A stretch of DNA of 64,000 nt, from contig CAXXMR010000008.1 in assembly GCA_963663805.2 (NCBI GenBank), forward strand, positions 192,001-256,000, read 5' to 3'. A program made the position numbers and the translations under genes. Below, one piece after another: positions 11,343 to 23,345 of this stretch. The DNA comes from Sedimentisphaerales bacterium. GTDB taxonomy: Bacteria; Planctomycetota; Phycisphaerae; Sedimentisphaerales; SM23-30. The notes below the pieces were generated by a model. The model was given only the letters and a program-made list of their open reading frames with translations. It was not told where the DNA came from and made no database searches. The stretch's first letter is position 1. Every line of letters starts with the position of its first letter.

Positions 11343-12732
11343 TTATAAATCAAAACTGCGTTTCTTCTCTGGCATCGGCGTTGTCATACTCCGCACCCGC
11401 AGAGTTACCGCGAACTGGACGATTTCTGAGCCGTGCCATGATTTGCGTTTACGCGAGTAGGTTCAGCCGCACCAGTTCATCGTCCGGCTTGTTCTCCAGA
11501 AGCAGCCCGAGCATCTCGGCATCTTCGACAGCGGTATTGCCCACCCCAATCACAATATCACCCGGCTGAATCTCCGAATTATCCGCTGGTGAACCAGCCT
11601 CTATCTCGCTGATAACAATACTTCCCTCCCGCCCCGCTAAGTCGTATTTCCTCAGCATGTCCCTGGTAACCGCCGAAATCGTCAAGCCGAAATACCGTTT
11701 ACACAGCTCACCGGCGTCCGGCAGGGGCCGCCGGCGATAATTCCATCCGCCACCTCTTTAGTCCTTTCCACCGCTGGTCACTTCAAAATTAACATCCCCG
11801 CCTCGCTGCCAGTCCAGCATCATCAAATAAAAATCTATCGCCGATGCCACCGGCTGCGACTCGACGGTACGAATAATATCGCCGACGACCAGCCTCGCCT
11901 GAGCCGCTGGACTTTCGGCCCGCACCGACCGGACGATAACCCCGCTATTAGCGCCCGGCTCATTCGCGTCGATAACCTCCAGCCCAAAATCCACCCGATA
12001 CCGTTTCTCCAATGAAAGCATCTGCGGCAGATGCTTCCGTAAATTATCAATCGGAATCGCAAACCCAATCCCCTGCGCCGCCTGACGAATCGCCGTGTTA
12101 ATCCCAATAAGCTCCCCGTTAATATTCAGCAGAGGCCCGCCGCTATTACCCGGATTAATCGGCGCCGAAATCTGAATCATCTCCTCCAGTCCAATCTGCT
12201 CGCTTATCTGCACATCCCGATGAATCGCACTTATAATCCCCTCGGTTAAAGTCTGCTGATAACCAAACGGATTACCAATCGCCAGCACCGTCTCCCCGAT
12301 AAGCAAATCATTCGAGCCCAGCGTAACTTTCGGCATCGGTTTGTCCGCTTCAACCTTGAGTACCGCCAAATCCGCCGTTGGATTCGCCGCCACCAGTTCC
12401 GCCTTATACGTACTGCCGTCCGACATGACAATATCAATATCCGCCGCCCCCTCGACCACATGACTATTGGTAATGATATACCCCCGCTCATTGATGATAA
12501 AACCCGACCCCAGCGACGGTATCCGCACCTTCCGCGGCGCGAAAAAATAGTCATCGAATCCGAACGAGAAAATATCGTTCCGCACTGTCCGAATCTGCTG
12601 ACTGGAGATACTAACCACTGCGTCCTTGTTCTTCTCATACGCCTCCACCACCGGCGTCCGCCGATCATAGGCCTTCACTACCCCCGTCAGCATCACTATC
12701 GCCCAAACAACCAGCCGCCCTGTCCGTACCAT
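11343..12732 (-). CDS. HtrA/DegP-like trypsin serine protease with two PDZ domains, frameshifted
   Basis: GSGFII, TNSHVV, DLAVLK, AIGNPFG, INPGNSGGPL; PDZ fragments in 11449-11685; end approximate. Confidence 0.88.
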
Positions 12733-13546
12733 AACCAGCTCCTTAACACGCCTATCTTTAATGTTTGCCTCAACTTAACACATATACACCCAATCCCCGG
12801 CCCCCGCAACCCCATCCACAACAATCACAGTACTATACCGCACAGAGTCTTCCCAACGAATTTTCATGCACAAATCAATATCTATTCATCTCAAAACCCG
12901 CCCACAGTAATTAAAAGCAAATACTACTGGATTTTATCTGGATTTTATGTAAAATAGATACGTATGGCTTTGGAGTAGCGATAAGTCGAGTTTTAACATC
13001 GAGTTACAGAAAACGGATAGCTGTTTTGTATTCGTCTGTCCGAAAAAAACAATTCCGGGCAGCAAAAAAAAACACCCAAAGCCAAAAAAGTAAGAAGTAG
13101 TACCGTGAAGTTTGTCGTAATTATCGATTGTTTGCATTCTGCCCCGGCATTTTGCGTCCCCTCAAATCCACTCCAAACGTTGCGTATTTATGTCGGCCCT
13201 CTCAAGTCCTATATCCCTGTAGTTGCAACAACTATGCAGAGAATGTAAAAAAGGAGAGATGCTTCAAATAAGATTTGTAGAGCCTGAATAACCAATATCA
13301 CATAAATAGGGACATAAACATTTTTCTGCATGTCCCGTTTGGATAACAGCCTTGAAATGTTTCGTAAGAGTTTTATGCGTATTTGCACAACACAACCTGA
13401 AGCTATTTCAGGTTTTTGGATGGCCAAAAACAGGGATTTTCCACTAATGACGGCCACCTGACACTCCGATGGGCATGAAAGAGCGAGACTGCCTTTGCGA
13501 ATTATTGTCGATTGTAGGCTCAAAATATAAATCAATCAGGTATAAC

Positions 13547-14236
13547 ATGAAAAATACACCATATAGAAATACCAGTCAGAACATATCGGCTGCTAGAATA
13601 TTGCTGGTAGATGACCACGAAATTATTTGCCAGGGTATTAAAGCCGTTCTCGAAAAACATTACCCGCAATTTGAAGTCGTAGGAGAAGCCCATAACGGTA
13701 GAATCTGCATCGAAATGATAGAAGAATGTAACCCGAATATCGTCATTATGGATATTAGTATGCCCGATTTGAACGGCATAGACTCCTCTGAAATCATCAA
13801 AAAACGCTTCAAAGACACCAAAATCATCATTTTTAGTATGCACCAGAAAAAGCAATTCATCATCGAATTGCTTAAAATCGGTGTGTCCGGCTATGTATTG
13901 AAATCCGACACCATCAAGGGAATCGTTGATGCTATCATAAAGGTTGTCGAGGGAAATGTTTACCTCAGTCCCGCTATTTGCGGACTCATCGCCGACGACT
14001 ATGTACAGAAAACGTTACCAACGTACAAAGAAAGAATACTAACCCCGCGCGAGAGGGAAATTCTCCAATTAATCGCCGAGGGAGTATCAACCAAAAACAT
14101 CGCCGCTAACCTGCATATCAGCGTCAAAACCGTCGAATCAACCCGAAACAACATCATGCATAAACTTAATGTGCACCACATCGCGGGCCTGACAAAATAC
14201 GCTGTCAGAGAGGGATTGACAACCCTCGATTACTAA
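13547..14236 (+). CDS. NarL/LuxR family response regulator
   Basis: ILLVDDH, MDISMP, GYVLK; LTPREREILQLIAEG...K-IA HTH. Confidence 0.95.
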   Translation: MKNTPYRNTSQNISAARILLVDDHEIICQGIKAVLEKHYPQFEVVGEAHNGRICIEMIEECNPNIVIMDISMPDLNGIDSSEIIKKRFKDTKIIIFSMHQKKQFIIELLKIGVSGYVLKSDTIKGIVDAIIKVVEGNVYLSPAICGLIADDYVQKTLPTYKERILTPREREILQLIAEGVSTKNIAANLHISVKTVESTRNNIMHKLNVHHIAGLTKYAVREGLTTLDY

Positions 14237-14539
14237 CTTTCGCTAATACCGTTTTCATTTCGACATGCTTCAAACAAGCACTTTAAACCCAAAAAACAGC
14301 ACTAAAGTGGTTTTGGGTCGCCAACCCTCTCTTTTTGCCCTGCCTCTTGAAACAGCCAACCTGATTATTCGTTTACCCTGAAATGCCCCTAGGGTTTTTC
14401 GTCTTCCAAAATCCGGTTTTTCCCCTTCATACTGTTATTCACACTCTCCGATAGGCATGATAGAGATAGGGAGTTCCGAAAAAATAAAAGGTCGCAGATG
14501 TAAATGCTGATGACTATGACTAAAATTAAGGGACATGCC

Positions 14540-14992
14540 ATGAATCACGAAAACGCACGTAGTATCAATCTTAACCCGGATTTCCGCCAGAACTTATTCG
14601 ACGATGATTACGATGTACTCGTTTCGATTACCAATACCGCACCCAGCATTGATAGATATACAAATACGATGAAAGAATCTGTTAGCCGAGTCACAGGTAT
14701 CGATACTGACTACCTGACAGTACTTAGAAACGCAGAAAAAAGTATTAACAATTTCAGTGAGAATCTGCGAATCCTGAAAAAAAATGCAAGTCAACAGCCC
14801 CATCTTGTCGCAAAAATCCGGCAAACAGAAAATTTAATCAAAAATCTAAAGTCTAAAATTGAGCTGCTCAAGCAAAATGAAAATGTCCGAAACGCGCTGG
14901 ATGCCGATTCTAATATTGACAAAGTAGCCCTGCTTATGAGAAATCAGATCGGCTACGCCCTGGATTATATGTATTCGGTCGAGGAGAAATAA
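14540..14992 (+). CDS. Hypothetical helical/coiled-coil protein
   Basis: 150-aa ORF with SD-like AAGGGA upstream; no recognisable motif. Confidence 0.6.
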   Translation: MNHENARSINLNPDFRQNLFDDDYDVLVSITNTAPSIDRYTNTMKESVSRVTGIDTDYLTVLRNAEKSINNFSENLRILKKNASQQPHLVAKIRQTENLIKNLKSKIELLKQNENVRNALDADSNIDKVALLMRNQIGYALDYMYSVEEK

Positions 14993-15106
14993 CATAATCA
15001 GATCTTACGCTACACAATTATTTAAGAGGAACCATTATATGAAATAAATTTTACTGTCTGATGTTTTGTTACAGTCTTCCTGACACCGTTAGAAAGGAAA
15101 AAAGAG

Positions 15107-17080
15107 ATGAAAAAATTTAAATTAAGCACAAAAATGTACGCGGGTTTCGGAGTGGTTCTGGTACTCTTGATTGTGGTCGGCACCGTCGGCTATCACGGTA
15201 TGCAGTCCGCCATGAGCAATATCGACCAGATCATCCACCAGTTGGAAATTGCCCAGAAAGCAAATACCATCCTCACCGACGCTCAGGATACCCAGGCAGC
15301 GTCATTACGTTATATTATGTACAAAGAAGATCAATACAATCAGCAAATACAAGATGAATATGAAAGCGTCGTAAAAAACGCTGGTGAAGCCAAAGATATG
15401 ATGGAATCCGAAGCCAACAAGCAAAAAGCCGATGAAGTAATTGCCCAGATGGATAGATACAAGCAGGCCAACGACTCTATGTACGATCTTCAGCAAAAAG
15501 CTTTTTCGTCAGGCGAAAAACGCGCCGCGGCCGCCCAAACCGTAATCGAATCTATTCGAGAACTAATGGCCGCTCGCAAAAAATTCATCGATGAACGAAC
15601 CAAAGACTCAACCGATGGAAAAATCGTCCCGTACGAAGCGATCGACAAAACACTGGTTGCCCAGGAAGCACGCAACGCATTTAACCGGGCCCAAATGAGC
15701 GCCTACCTCTATCTGATGGCCCAAAAACCCGAACAGCAGGAATCAGCCGCTCAGCAGTGGATTAAAGAACTGGACCAAACCAAAAAAGTCCTGGCTACCT
15801 GTAAAGAACAAATGAACGACCCAACCTGCCAAAAACTGGTTGACCAAAGTCTTGAGGCTCTCGATAGCTACCTGGCCGAAGTCCAAACCTTCCGTCAGAT
15901 CAATCAGGAAAAATACAGCATCCAGCTAAACAGGCAAAAACCCGCGGCTGACGCCGTAATGGCCGAATCCAGAGCGGTACGCGATGGAGTTTACTCATAC
16001 ATCGAAGATGTACGGAAAAACACCGAAAAAGCCATGAATCTCGCAAACTCCATGATTGCCGTATTCGGAATATCAGCTCTGATTATCGGCACAGCTATTT
16101 CCATACTCATCACCAGAGGAATCGTTAAGCCGGTAAGTCGCATTATCGAAAACCTCACCAGCGGGGCCGAACAGGTCGCCTCAGCGTCCAGCCAGGTTTC
16201 AGCCGCCTCACAGTCACTTGCCGAAGGTTCAACCGAACAAGCAGCGAGTCTGGAAGAAACATCCTCTTCACTCGAAGAAATGTCAACCATGACCAGGCAA
16301 AACGCAGATAACGCTAACCAGGCCAATACCCTCGCCGGTGAAGCAAAAAAACTCGGCGATACCGGTAGCGAAGCCATGGGCAGAATGTCGCGTTCAATTA
16401 CCGACATCCAAAAGTCTTCCGACGATACCGCGAAAATCGTCAAGACCATCGACGAAATAGCCTTCCAGACCAACCTCCTGGCTCTCAACGCAGCCGTCGA
16501 AGCTGCCCGGGCCGGTGAAGCAGGCAAAGGATTCGCCGTGGTTGCCGAAGAAGTTCGCAACCTCGCCATGCGTTCCGCCGAAGCCGCTAAAAATACCGCG
16601 GCTCTCATTGATGAGTCTGTGAAAAATTCACAGAACGGTGTTGACATCGCAGCCGAAGTAGCCAAAGTCTTCGAAAATATCGTCAACGGTATCGGAAAAA
16701 CAACCGAACTGGTCAGCGAAATTGCAGCCGCCTCGAACGAACAGGCCCAGGGAATCGAACAGGTCAACACTGCCATGAGGCAGATGGACACCGTAACCCA
16801 GCAAAATGCTGCCAATGCCGAAGAATCCGCTAGTGCCTCCGAAGAACTTTCCGCCCAGGCCGAACAGATGAAACTAGCCGTGCAGGAGCTCGTAACCCTC
16901 GTCGGCGGAACTTCGGACAATAATGACAATGGGTATAGCGGCAGGCACATGGGACATACCGACCATGCCTATCACCGCATCGCCGCCCAGCCCAGCCGCA
17001 GCAAACAGAATAAAATACCTGTAGCTGCCGAAAAAGCTATACCCATGAATTCGGACGATTTCGATGAATTCAATGGCTAA
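15107..17080 (+). CDS. Methyl-accepting chemotaxis protein
   Basis: Two TM helices flanking a helical periplasmic domain; [34 protein letters not shown]. Confidence 0.97.
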   Translation: MKKFKLSTKMYAGFGVVLVLLIVVGTVGYHGMQSAMSNIDQIIHQLEIAQKANTILTDAQDTQAASLRYIMYKEDQYNQQIQDEYESVVKNAGEAKDMMESEANKQKADEVIAQMDRYKQANDSMYDLQQKAFSSGEKRAAAAQTVIESIRELMAARKKFIDERTKDSTDGKIVPYEAIDKTLVAQEARNAFNRAQMSAYLYLMAQKPEQQESAAQQWIKELDQTKKVLATCKEQMNDPTCQKLVDQSLEALDSYLAEVQTFRQINQEKYSIQLNRQKPAADAVMAESRAVRDGVYSYIEDVRKNTEKAMNLANSMIAVFGISALIIGTAISILITRGIVKPVSRIIENLTSGAEQVASASSQVSAASQSLAEGSTEQAASLEETSSSLEEMSTMTRQNADNANQANTLAGEAKKLGDTGSEAMGRMSRSITDIQKSSDDTAKIVKTIDEIAFQTNLLALNAAVEAARAGEAGKGFAVVAEEVRNLAMRSAEAAKNTAALIDESVKNSQNGVDIAAEVAKVFENIVNGIGKTTELVSEIAAASNEQAQGIEQVNTAMRQMDTVTQQNAANAEESASASEELSAQAEQMKLAVQELVTLVGGTSDNNDNGYSGRHMGHTDHAYHRIAAQPSRSKQNKIPVAAEKAIPMNSDDFDEFNG

Positions 17081-17213
17081 GCAAATAATGCCAAAGTAAC
17101 AGTACAGTTCCTTAACCGGGTCGGCCAGGCTTCTACCAGGCTTGGTCGACCACTATTCACATAAACAAAGAGCCTCGACATTCATAGACAAAAAGGTGGT
17201 TAAGAGACTCAAA

Positions 17214-17951
17214 ATGAATCAGAACTTTACAAAACTTGCACGCCGAATCAAGAGCGACATAGGTTGCGGCCAGCTTATCAACAATCTAAACCATGAAATC
17301 AGAACGCCTCTGAGTTCTATCATGGGTTTCATCGATTTACTGGCCGAAGACAACCTGACTGCTCAACAGTGCGAATACACAGAAATCATCAGGTATTCCG
17401 CCGACAATCTCATGGCTCTTATAGACGAAATTCTGACTTTTATCATGATAGAAACCCATACCATAGACCTCGAAATAAAAAATGAACCACTAGCTGAAAT
17501 TTTAGACGATATCGACTCCACCTGCCAGCCCTTGGCCCAAAAGAAAAATATAGAATTCCGCATCATCCCCTCCGACTCTCTGCCCAGTCAAATCCATACA
17601 AACGCCGAACAACTCCAACAGTGCCTGGCCAAACTAACCCTAAACGCCCTAAAATTTACCCAAAACGGCTATGTGAAAATTTACATCAATTCAGAAGAAA
17701 AACAGAACCTCAGGCAAATACGCTTCGATATCGAAGACACCGGAATCGGCATCCACCCCGACAAACAAAAAGAAATCTTCCGGCCCTTCATACAGGTCGA
17801 TAGCTCCACAACCCGAATTTTCGGCGGCATAGGCCTGAGCCTGACCATAGCCCAAAAACTCGCAAACCTGCTCGATGGAGACATCTCACTCAAAAGCAAA
17901 CCGGATATCGGTAGCACCTTCACCCTGCGTATCCCCGCACACCAACCATAA
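17214..17951 (+). CDS. Histidine kinase core (HisKA + HATPase_c) without sensor domain
   Basis: NHEIRTPL, NALKFT, DTGIGI, GGIGL, GSTF. Confidence 0.88.
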   Translation: MNQNFTKLARRIKSDIGCGQLINNLNHEIRTPLSSIMGFIDLLAEDNLTAQQCEYTEIIRYSADNLMALIDEILTFIMIETHTIDLEIKNEPLAEILDDIDSTCQPLAQKKNIEFRIIPSDSLPSQIHTNAEQLQQCLAKLTLNALKFTQNGYVKIYINSEEKQNLRQIRFDIEDTGIGIHPDKQKEIFRPFIQVDSSTTRIFGGIGLSLTIAQKLANLLDGDISLKSKPDIGSTFTLRIPAHQP

Positions 17952-17978
17952 AAAAACCCGGGAACCGAAGCTCCCGGG
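17950..17978 (-). terminator. Rho-independent terminator
   Basis: CCCGGGA/TCCCGGG stem followed by a T-run on the minus strand, between convergent genes. Confidence 0.7.
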
Positions 17979-18081
17979 CGGGTACTAGAACAATGTCACG
18001 GCAAACACTAAAGATAACATTGCTCCTCATAATACAGGGTAGCGAATCCTGTTACGGGCTTTGTCGCTGCCCGTCGAACGA

Positions 18082-20523
18082 CTAGTTCAGCCACTGCTCA
18101 GCCAGCAGAGCGAAATCAGCCATGTCAACCGAACCATCGCCGTTAATATCGGCACTCACTGCCTCGATACCGTTGGCCAAATCAAGGTCAGCGGCGGTAA
18201 CCATGCCGTCACCGTCAACATCACCAGCAGCCCAGCCGCCGGCGGTGCCGAGATTGGCATTGATAACCGCTTCGTCAGCCGCGTCGAAATCGCCGTCGAG
18301 GTCCACATCGCCATAAACCGTGCCCAGCACGTTCAGTACGATAGCGTCAACATCAGCCTTGCTAATCATCAGGTCGCCGTTCATATCGCAGCTCAGGTCC
18401 ATCCAGACCGCTGTATCTTTGTCAGCGAAATCACGTACCTGACCGCGAACCGGCACAACCACCGAACCGCCCACCAGGTCAATCTTCATCTGCTGACGAA
18501 GGCTGGCATAAACATAGTCAATATCATCGGCATCAACCATCCCGTCAGAACCCAGCGGCATAGCACCCGGAGCGGCATCATTGCCCGCCACGTCAGCCAT
18601 TGAAGCACCGTAAGTATAAGCCGCACTGGTAGCCAGAGTCGTACCGAAGTAGTTACCACCAAAGGCAGCGTCAACAGCTACGAAACCAGCCGCACGATTC
18701 AGCTTGCCCGCCTGTATCGCCAGGCCGTCAGCAAAGTAACGCACATCAGCAGCGTCAAAATTACCGTCGCCGTCAAAGTCACCGATAACTTCCGGAATCA
18801 CATAGTCACCTGCCTGGTCACCAGCGGCACCGCCGTTGTCACCTTCAGCCGCAGCGAAACCACGCGGGTCAGCCACAGCAGCCATCAGATTGCTGATGTC
18901 GTTAATATTGCGAACACCGTCATTATTGAAATCACCGGAGATGCGATTACGAGCAGCCAGATTACCGCCGCTTATCGCCGAGCCATCACCATCAAAGTAA
19001 GCGCCAGTCGAGCCATCAGAGTAGGTTGCCCCGCCGGTCAGAACCACGCGCGTGGGAACCTTGCCCGCCGGATTAACACTGCCGAACGCCGGAACTTCCA
19101 GAACATTCCCATTATAGGAGAAGGTCTGCAAGTTGGTATTCAGATTTGTGTTCAACTGGAAATCACTCGGATTCAGCGGGTCCGGTAGATAGGAAATCGA
19201 ATTCATCAGAGTGTAATTGTAAGCCATGTACTCACCCGGCATATTATAATTCTCATCCAGTCCGGGCGAAGAAATGAAATCATCAATACTGGTCAGAATA
19301 TTGTTGATATAGTCAGCCGCATGACTGTTAGCCATCGGAAAAGCACCGCCGGCCGGATTGCCAACTGTCGCAAAAGTCTCAGGACCGCCAATCTGCCAGC
19401 CGTTCGGGTCGATATTATAAAATACCGAACCAAGTGAAGGACGTACAAAAACATCCTGTCCGTCTTTCTTCAGGTTGACAATCTCATATTTACCGGAAGA
19501 AGCATCAACCGCCGAACGACTGCTGCCAAAAAGACCTGTATAACCAAGAGCCAGACGACCATTCTGAACCGCGCCTTCCATCACGCTCGAACCGCCCAGA
19601 TTGCTAACCTGATAATTGGCACCAACGGTGTAATATTGCGACTGGTCTACTTTCGCACCGTAGTTGTCACCACGTCCCCAACTCGGATCAACACCCATAG
19701 TGCTCATCGCGCCATTACGCGTACCCGAACCACTGTCACGCGTAGCAGCCGCCAGGTTTTCACCGTTGGGCATACGACCGGTAATGAACAGATGCTTCAG
19801 TTCATCCTGCGTAACATTTTCAACGCCCGTACCCGCATTAGCGATAAAGCTAATCGGCACCCAGGCAATCTGAGTATCAAACACAGTCAGTGCGTCAGGG
19901 CTCGAAGTATTGGTATTCAAGCCGCCCAGACTCTTGAGCTTATTGCTGCGGGCTCCGGCATCCCAACCGACAACAGGATTCATACCATAACCATCGGTCG
20001 CCGGCAGAGCATCCCACTCCGAATCAACCGAAGAACCCTTGGTAACAAACCAGGTCGTCGGCACATCCATTACGCCAATATCAACATTGTTCGGCATAAT
20101 CGGGGCACCGCCGGGATTAGCAGCATTGTAAACACCGGCAATCGGCCCGCCGGAAGTAACATCGTACCAGAAAGTACGGTTGATTTGACCCGTATCGGTC
20201 GGATCACCGAAAGCCGGAGTGGTATTGTAATAGTTCACCATCTCTGCCAAACCGTTGCCGCTGCCTACGCCGCGATACATTACCACCCACCACGAACTGC
20301 TGCTGTTGTAATTATCCAAGGCCAGCTGGTCCACAGTATAAGTCTGACTGTCAAAACCAAAAATCCCGTCACTATCCACATCAATATAATCATTCGTCGA
20401 AGCCGGTGCCGTAAAAAAATCGGCAAACAGCGTCGCCCCGCTGATATTCACCTGGTGCTGCTGAGCGAAACTACTGCCGCACAACAGAGCCAGACACGCT
20501 AACGTCATGGTAATCTTCTTCAT
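18082..20523 (-). CDS. Secreted protein: PstS/PBP-like N-terminal region plus multiple dockerin/EF-hand-like Ca-binding repeats
   Basis: Signal peptide MKKITMTLACLALL; INISGAT-like start and TRDSGSGTR motif; GDFNNDG, GDFDGDG, DMNGD, GDVDLDG, GDVDGDG, ADINGDG...LAEQWL repeats. Confidence 0.75.
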   Translation of the reverse strand: MKKITMTLACLALLCGSSFAQQHQVNISGATLFADFFTAPASTNDYIDVDSDGIFGFDSQTYTVDQLALDNYNSSSSWWVVMYRGVGSGNGLAEMVNYYNTTPAFGDPTDTGQINRTFWYDVTSGGPIAGVYNAANPGGAPIMPNNVDIGVMDVPTTWFVTKGSSVDSEWDALPATDGYGMNPVVGWDAGARSNKLKSLGGLNTNTSSPDALTVFDTQIAWVPISFIANAGTGVENVTQDELKHLFITGRMPNGENLAAATRDSGSGTRNGAMSTMGVDPSWGRGDNYGAKVDQSQYYTVGANYQVSNLGGSSVMEGAVQNGRLALGYTGLFGSSRSAVDASSGKYEIVNLKKDGQDVFVRPSLGSVFYNIDPNGWQIGGPETFATVGNPAGGAFPMANSHAADYINNILTSIDDFISSPGLDENYNMPGEYMAYNYTLMNSISYLPDPLNPSDFQLNTNLNTNLQTFSYNGNVLEVPAFGSVNPAGKVPTRVVLTGGATYSDGSTGAYFDGDGSAISGGNLAARNRISGDFNNDGVRNINDISNLMAAVADPRGFAAAEGDNGGAAGDQAGDYVIPEVIGDFDGDGNFDAADVRYFADGLAIQAGKLNRAAGFVAVDAAFGGNYFGTTLATSAAYTYGASMADVAGNDAAPGAMPLGSDGMVDADDIDYVYASLRQQMKIDLVGGSVVVPVRGQVRDFADKDTAVWMDLSCDMNGDLMISKADVDAIVLNVLGTVYGDVDLDGDFDAADEAVINANLGTAGGWAAGDVDGDGMVTAADLDLANGIEAVSADINGDGSVDMADFALLAEQWLN

Positions 20524-20714
20524 GGAATAACTCCTTATAGGTTTATTTTTTTCTTCCCAACCGGAAAACATACACTGAAAATTCAAAACATAACTTCTGA
20601 CTACCTTTTCTATTTCGCGAACAAACCTCCTTTCCAGACAATCGTTTTTCTTTCGCTGTTAAAAATCCGCGAAATCCGTGTAATCCGCGGTTAAAATTCT
20701 CCGTTGCCGTTGGA

Positions 20715-21749
20715 CTACCTGCGATACTTAACATTATTATGACCGCTCAAACTATAGAACCGGTCACCCCATAATCTGTCCTCAATCGTCTCTATTACAT
20801 GCATATTCTCAACGCGACCATCACAGAACAGAAAATTAGCCGTCCCGCCCAGCTCCTTATCAACCGAACCGCCACCCGGATGATGGCGACCGATAGCGTT
20901 CAATGCGTATATACTGCCCGTCCCCAGAATGTCCGTCTGACGCTCGATCTCACGCTCCGACAAAATCCCAAAATTATCCGCGTCAGTCCCGCATACAAAA
21001 CCCGGAGTGCCCGTCGGTATCTGATAATATGCGTTGGTATTGAAACCTGCCGAAACATGCCAGAAAGGTGTCACAGGCCGATGGCTCTTACTCAAAACCG
21101 AACCACTGCTGCCCGTCCCCACCGCCTTCCAGTTCTTGGTGAACTCACTGGCCAGAATAACATTACCGGAATTCCTGACCTCAGCCGTTTTCACAAACCG
21201 GTTCACACGCACACCGCCCAGATTCGTCGTAAACTTGTTACGAGGTACCAACGCCGCGTTCGCCGTATATGCCATACGAGGTGCCTGCTTGTCTTCCAGC
21301 CCGTTGGGATTCGACTGACCATTCTGGTCCACCTGGTCACCTTCCCAGTCTGTCGAGTTAGAACCCGGATTCGTACGAGGGGCCCCGCCATTGCGAACCG
21401 CCGCACAACTGAATACATCAGGGCTCACCTCACCACTTTCAAACAAATAATAAGACCAGTGAAGATAACCAAAATCATGACCGGCGTCCTGACCCTGAAT
21501 ATCGAAGCTCCCCGAATCATTATAGGGATACAAATAAGAAGCCGGATAAAAATCCTTATTCTCAACCGTATAAATCATCATCGCCTGACCAACCGTCCGG
21601 GCATTTGTCATGCACTTGACCTTGTATGCCTGCTGGCGTGCCTTGCCAACCGCCGGCAGCAGAATACTGACCAGCATCGCGATGATAGCCACAACCACCA
21701 GAAGTTCGATGAGTGTAAACCCGGATTTGCCATTTGCCTTTTTTGTCAT
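20715..21749 (-). CDS. Prepilin-type N-terminal cleavage/methylation protein with C-terminal H-X9-DG-like motif (DUF1559-like)
   Basis: GFTLIELLVVVAIIAMLVSILLPAVGKAR; RHH...ANFLFCDGRVE. Confidence 0.9.
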   Translation of the reverse strand: MTKKANGKSGFTLIELLVVVAIIAMLVSILLPAVGKARQQAYKVKCMTNARTVGQAMMIYTVENKDFYPASYLYPYNDSGSFDIQGQDAGHDFGYLHWSYYLFESGEVSPDVFSCAAVRNGGAPRTNPGSNSTDWEGDQVDQNGQSNPNGLEDKQAPRMAYTANAALVPRNKFTTNLGGVRVNRFVKTAEVRNSGNVILASEFTKNWKAVGTGSSGSVLSKSHRPVTPFWHVSAGFNTNAYYQIPTGTPGFVCGTDADNFGILSEREIERQTDILGTGSIYALNAIGRHHPGGGSVDKELGGTANFLFCDGRVENMHVIETIEDRLWGDRFYSLSGHNNVKYRR

Positions 21750-22153
21750 TTCTTAACCCTTTTTCTAATGTCCAATTTTCTAACAAGAATCGCTACTGAA
21801 ACAATGAACTACTCCTCAGTTCAATCTACCATAGGCCTGAATCTCCATTTTCTGCTTGGGTTACCTGTTTCGATTTCTGACAAACAATCATTTGGCCCAA
21901 GTCTAAGCCCCCCATGTTTCCTCCCGATTAGCCCTTTATTGGAACAAAATTTTCTTTCAATTAGCATTTTATGTGGCCCCGCCTTTAACACCTTAGCACC
22001 GTAAAAGCCTACTATGCCCAGGTCTACACTTTCATAGAGATTCCCCCGCCAATACCAGTATGGCCGATGCGCACCCAACCCCGAAGAAATCGAGCAGCAA
22101 TACTAAAACTTCTGCCGAAAAATCCTCGCCAGCGTAAATTTTAAAAAATAAAT

Positions 22154-22948
22154 CTAACCCACCACTGCGTATTTCTCACGATAACCGCCCGGAGTACAAC
22201 CATAATAACGCCGAAACGCCCGATAGAAATGGGCTGCCTCGCCATACCCCACCGTCCTGCCCACCTCTTTTATCGCCCGCGAAGTCTCCCGCAAAAGCCG
22301 CCCCGCCCTCTCCATCCGCATTTCCATCAGATACTGATACGGGCTAATCCCCAGCTCCCGCCGAAACAACGCCCGAAAATGGCTCACCGAATAACCCATT
22401 AACTCCGCCATATCATCCGGTCCAATCTTATCACCCAGATGCCGACCCAGCCATTCCAGCAAATCACCCAAACCACCCCGCCGAGTCTCCAAAGCCTCAA
22501 CATGCCGCCCCCGTTCCAGCTCACCCACCATCAAAGTCAGCAACGCCCGCCGCATTTCCACTACCAGACCACTCTGCTCCTGATAAGCCAGCTCCAAAGA
22601 CCGCCGAACATAATCCTCTATCAGCACCCCACGCGAACCAGCATAAAGCTCATACCCGCAAACCTTCCCCGCCAGCCGACCAAAAGGCTCACCCGCCGCC
22701 CCATACTCAACCACAAAATGACAAACACTAACCTTACTAACCTCCGCAACCGTATACCCCCTAAACAGCGTATCAGGATAAAGCAGCAAAACCCCCTTAC
22801 TCTCCACCACAACATCCTCCAAATCATTAACCCGCACCAGAACCTCCCCTTCATGAACATAAAACAAATCAAAACATTCCCAAACCGCAGGCCCAATCGC
22901 CCGCGAATCATGAAACTCACCCAATAAATGTTTAATTATCCGAACCAT
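22154..22948 (-). CDS. AraC family transcriptional regulator
   Basis: C-terminal double HTH: SHFRALFRRELGISP, VGYGEAAHFYRAFRRYYGCTP. Confidence 0.92.
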   Translation of the reverse strand: MVRIIKHLLGEFHDSRAIGPAVWECFDLFYVHEGEVLVRVNDLEDVVVESKGVLLLYPDTLFRGYTVAEVSKVSVCHFVVEYGAAGEPFGRLAGKVCGYELYAGSRGVLIEDYVRRSLELAYQEQSGLVVEMRRALLTLMVGELERGRHVEALETRRGGLGDLLEWLGRHLGDKIGPDDMAELMGYSVSHFRALFRRELGISPYQYLMEMRMERAGRLLRETSRAIKEVGRTVGYGEAAHFYRAFRRYYGCTPGGYREKYAVVG

Positions 22949-23345
22949 AGAACCATTTAACCAAACCACCAACAAAAGCCGAGCCGCCTAAGCGGACGGA
23001 TAAGACCACCAACCATCATATCCACCCCAACCACATCGGACGTTAATATACTTGCCAACCAACCAAGCGACCAACGGAAGCGCCAAATACGCCAAACGAC
23101 CGCGGCGATCAATCAGTGCGATAAGCACCTCCGCCAAAGGCGGCACCTCGCCGTTAATCGGACCTCTGATTTCTAATCTCTGACATCTTCGGCCCAAGGC
23201 CGACGCCTCCTGCCTTCCTCACCACTTCCAATCATATAATACAAAAAAAACCATCGTTTTTGGCAATATTAATCTCAAATAAACCCAATATAATTAATCT
23301 AAAGATAAACATAATAATCATATTATCCAATAAGGAAAAATAACC

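Noticed and set aside
13125..13175. c-di-GMP-I riboswitch (GGGACGCAAAA on the minus strand)
   Set aside because: The upstream GGCAAA/GNRA P2 stem and P1/P3 pairing could not be found.
19636..22004. Long + strand ORFs (288 aa, 401 aa) and similar ORFs at 15991-16950 and 9544-10230
   Set aside because: These are antisense shadows of well-supported genes and have no motifs.
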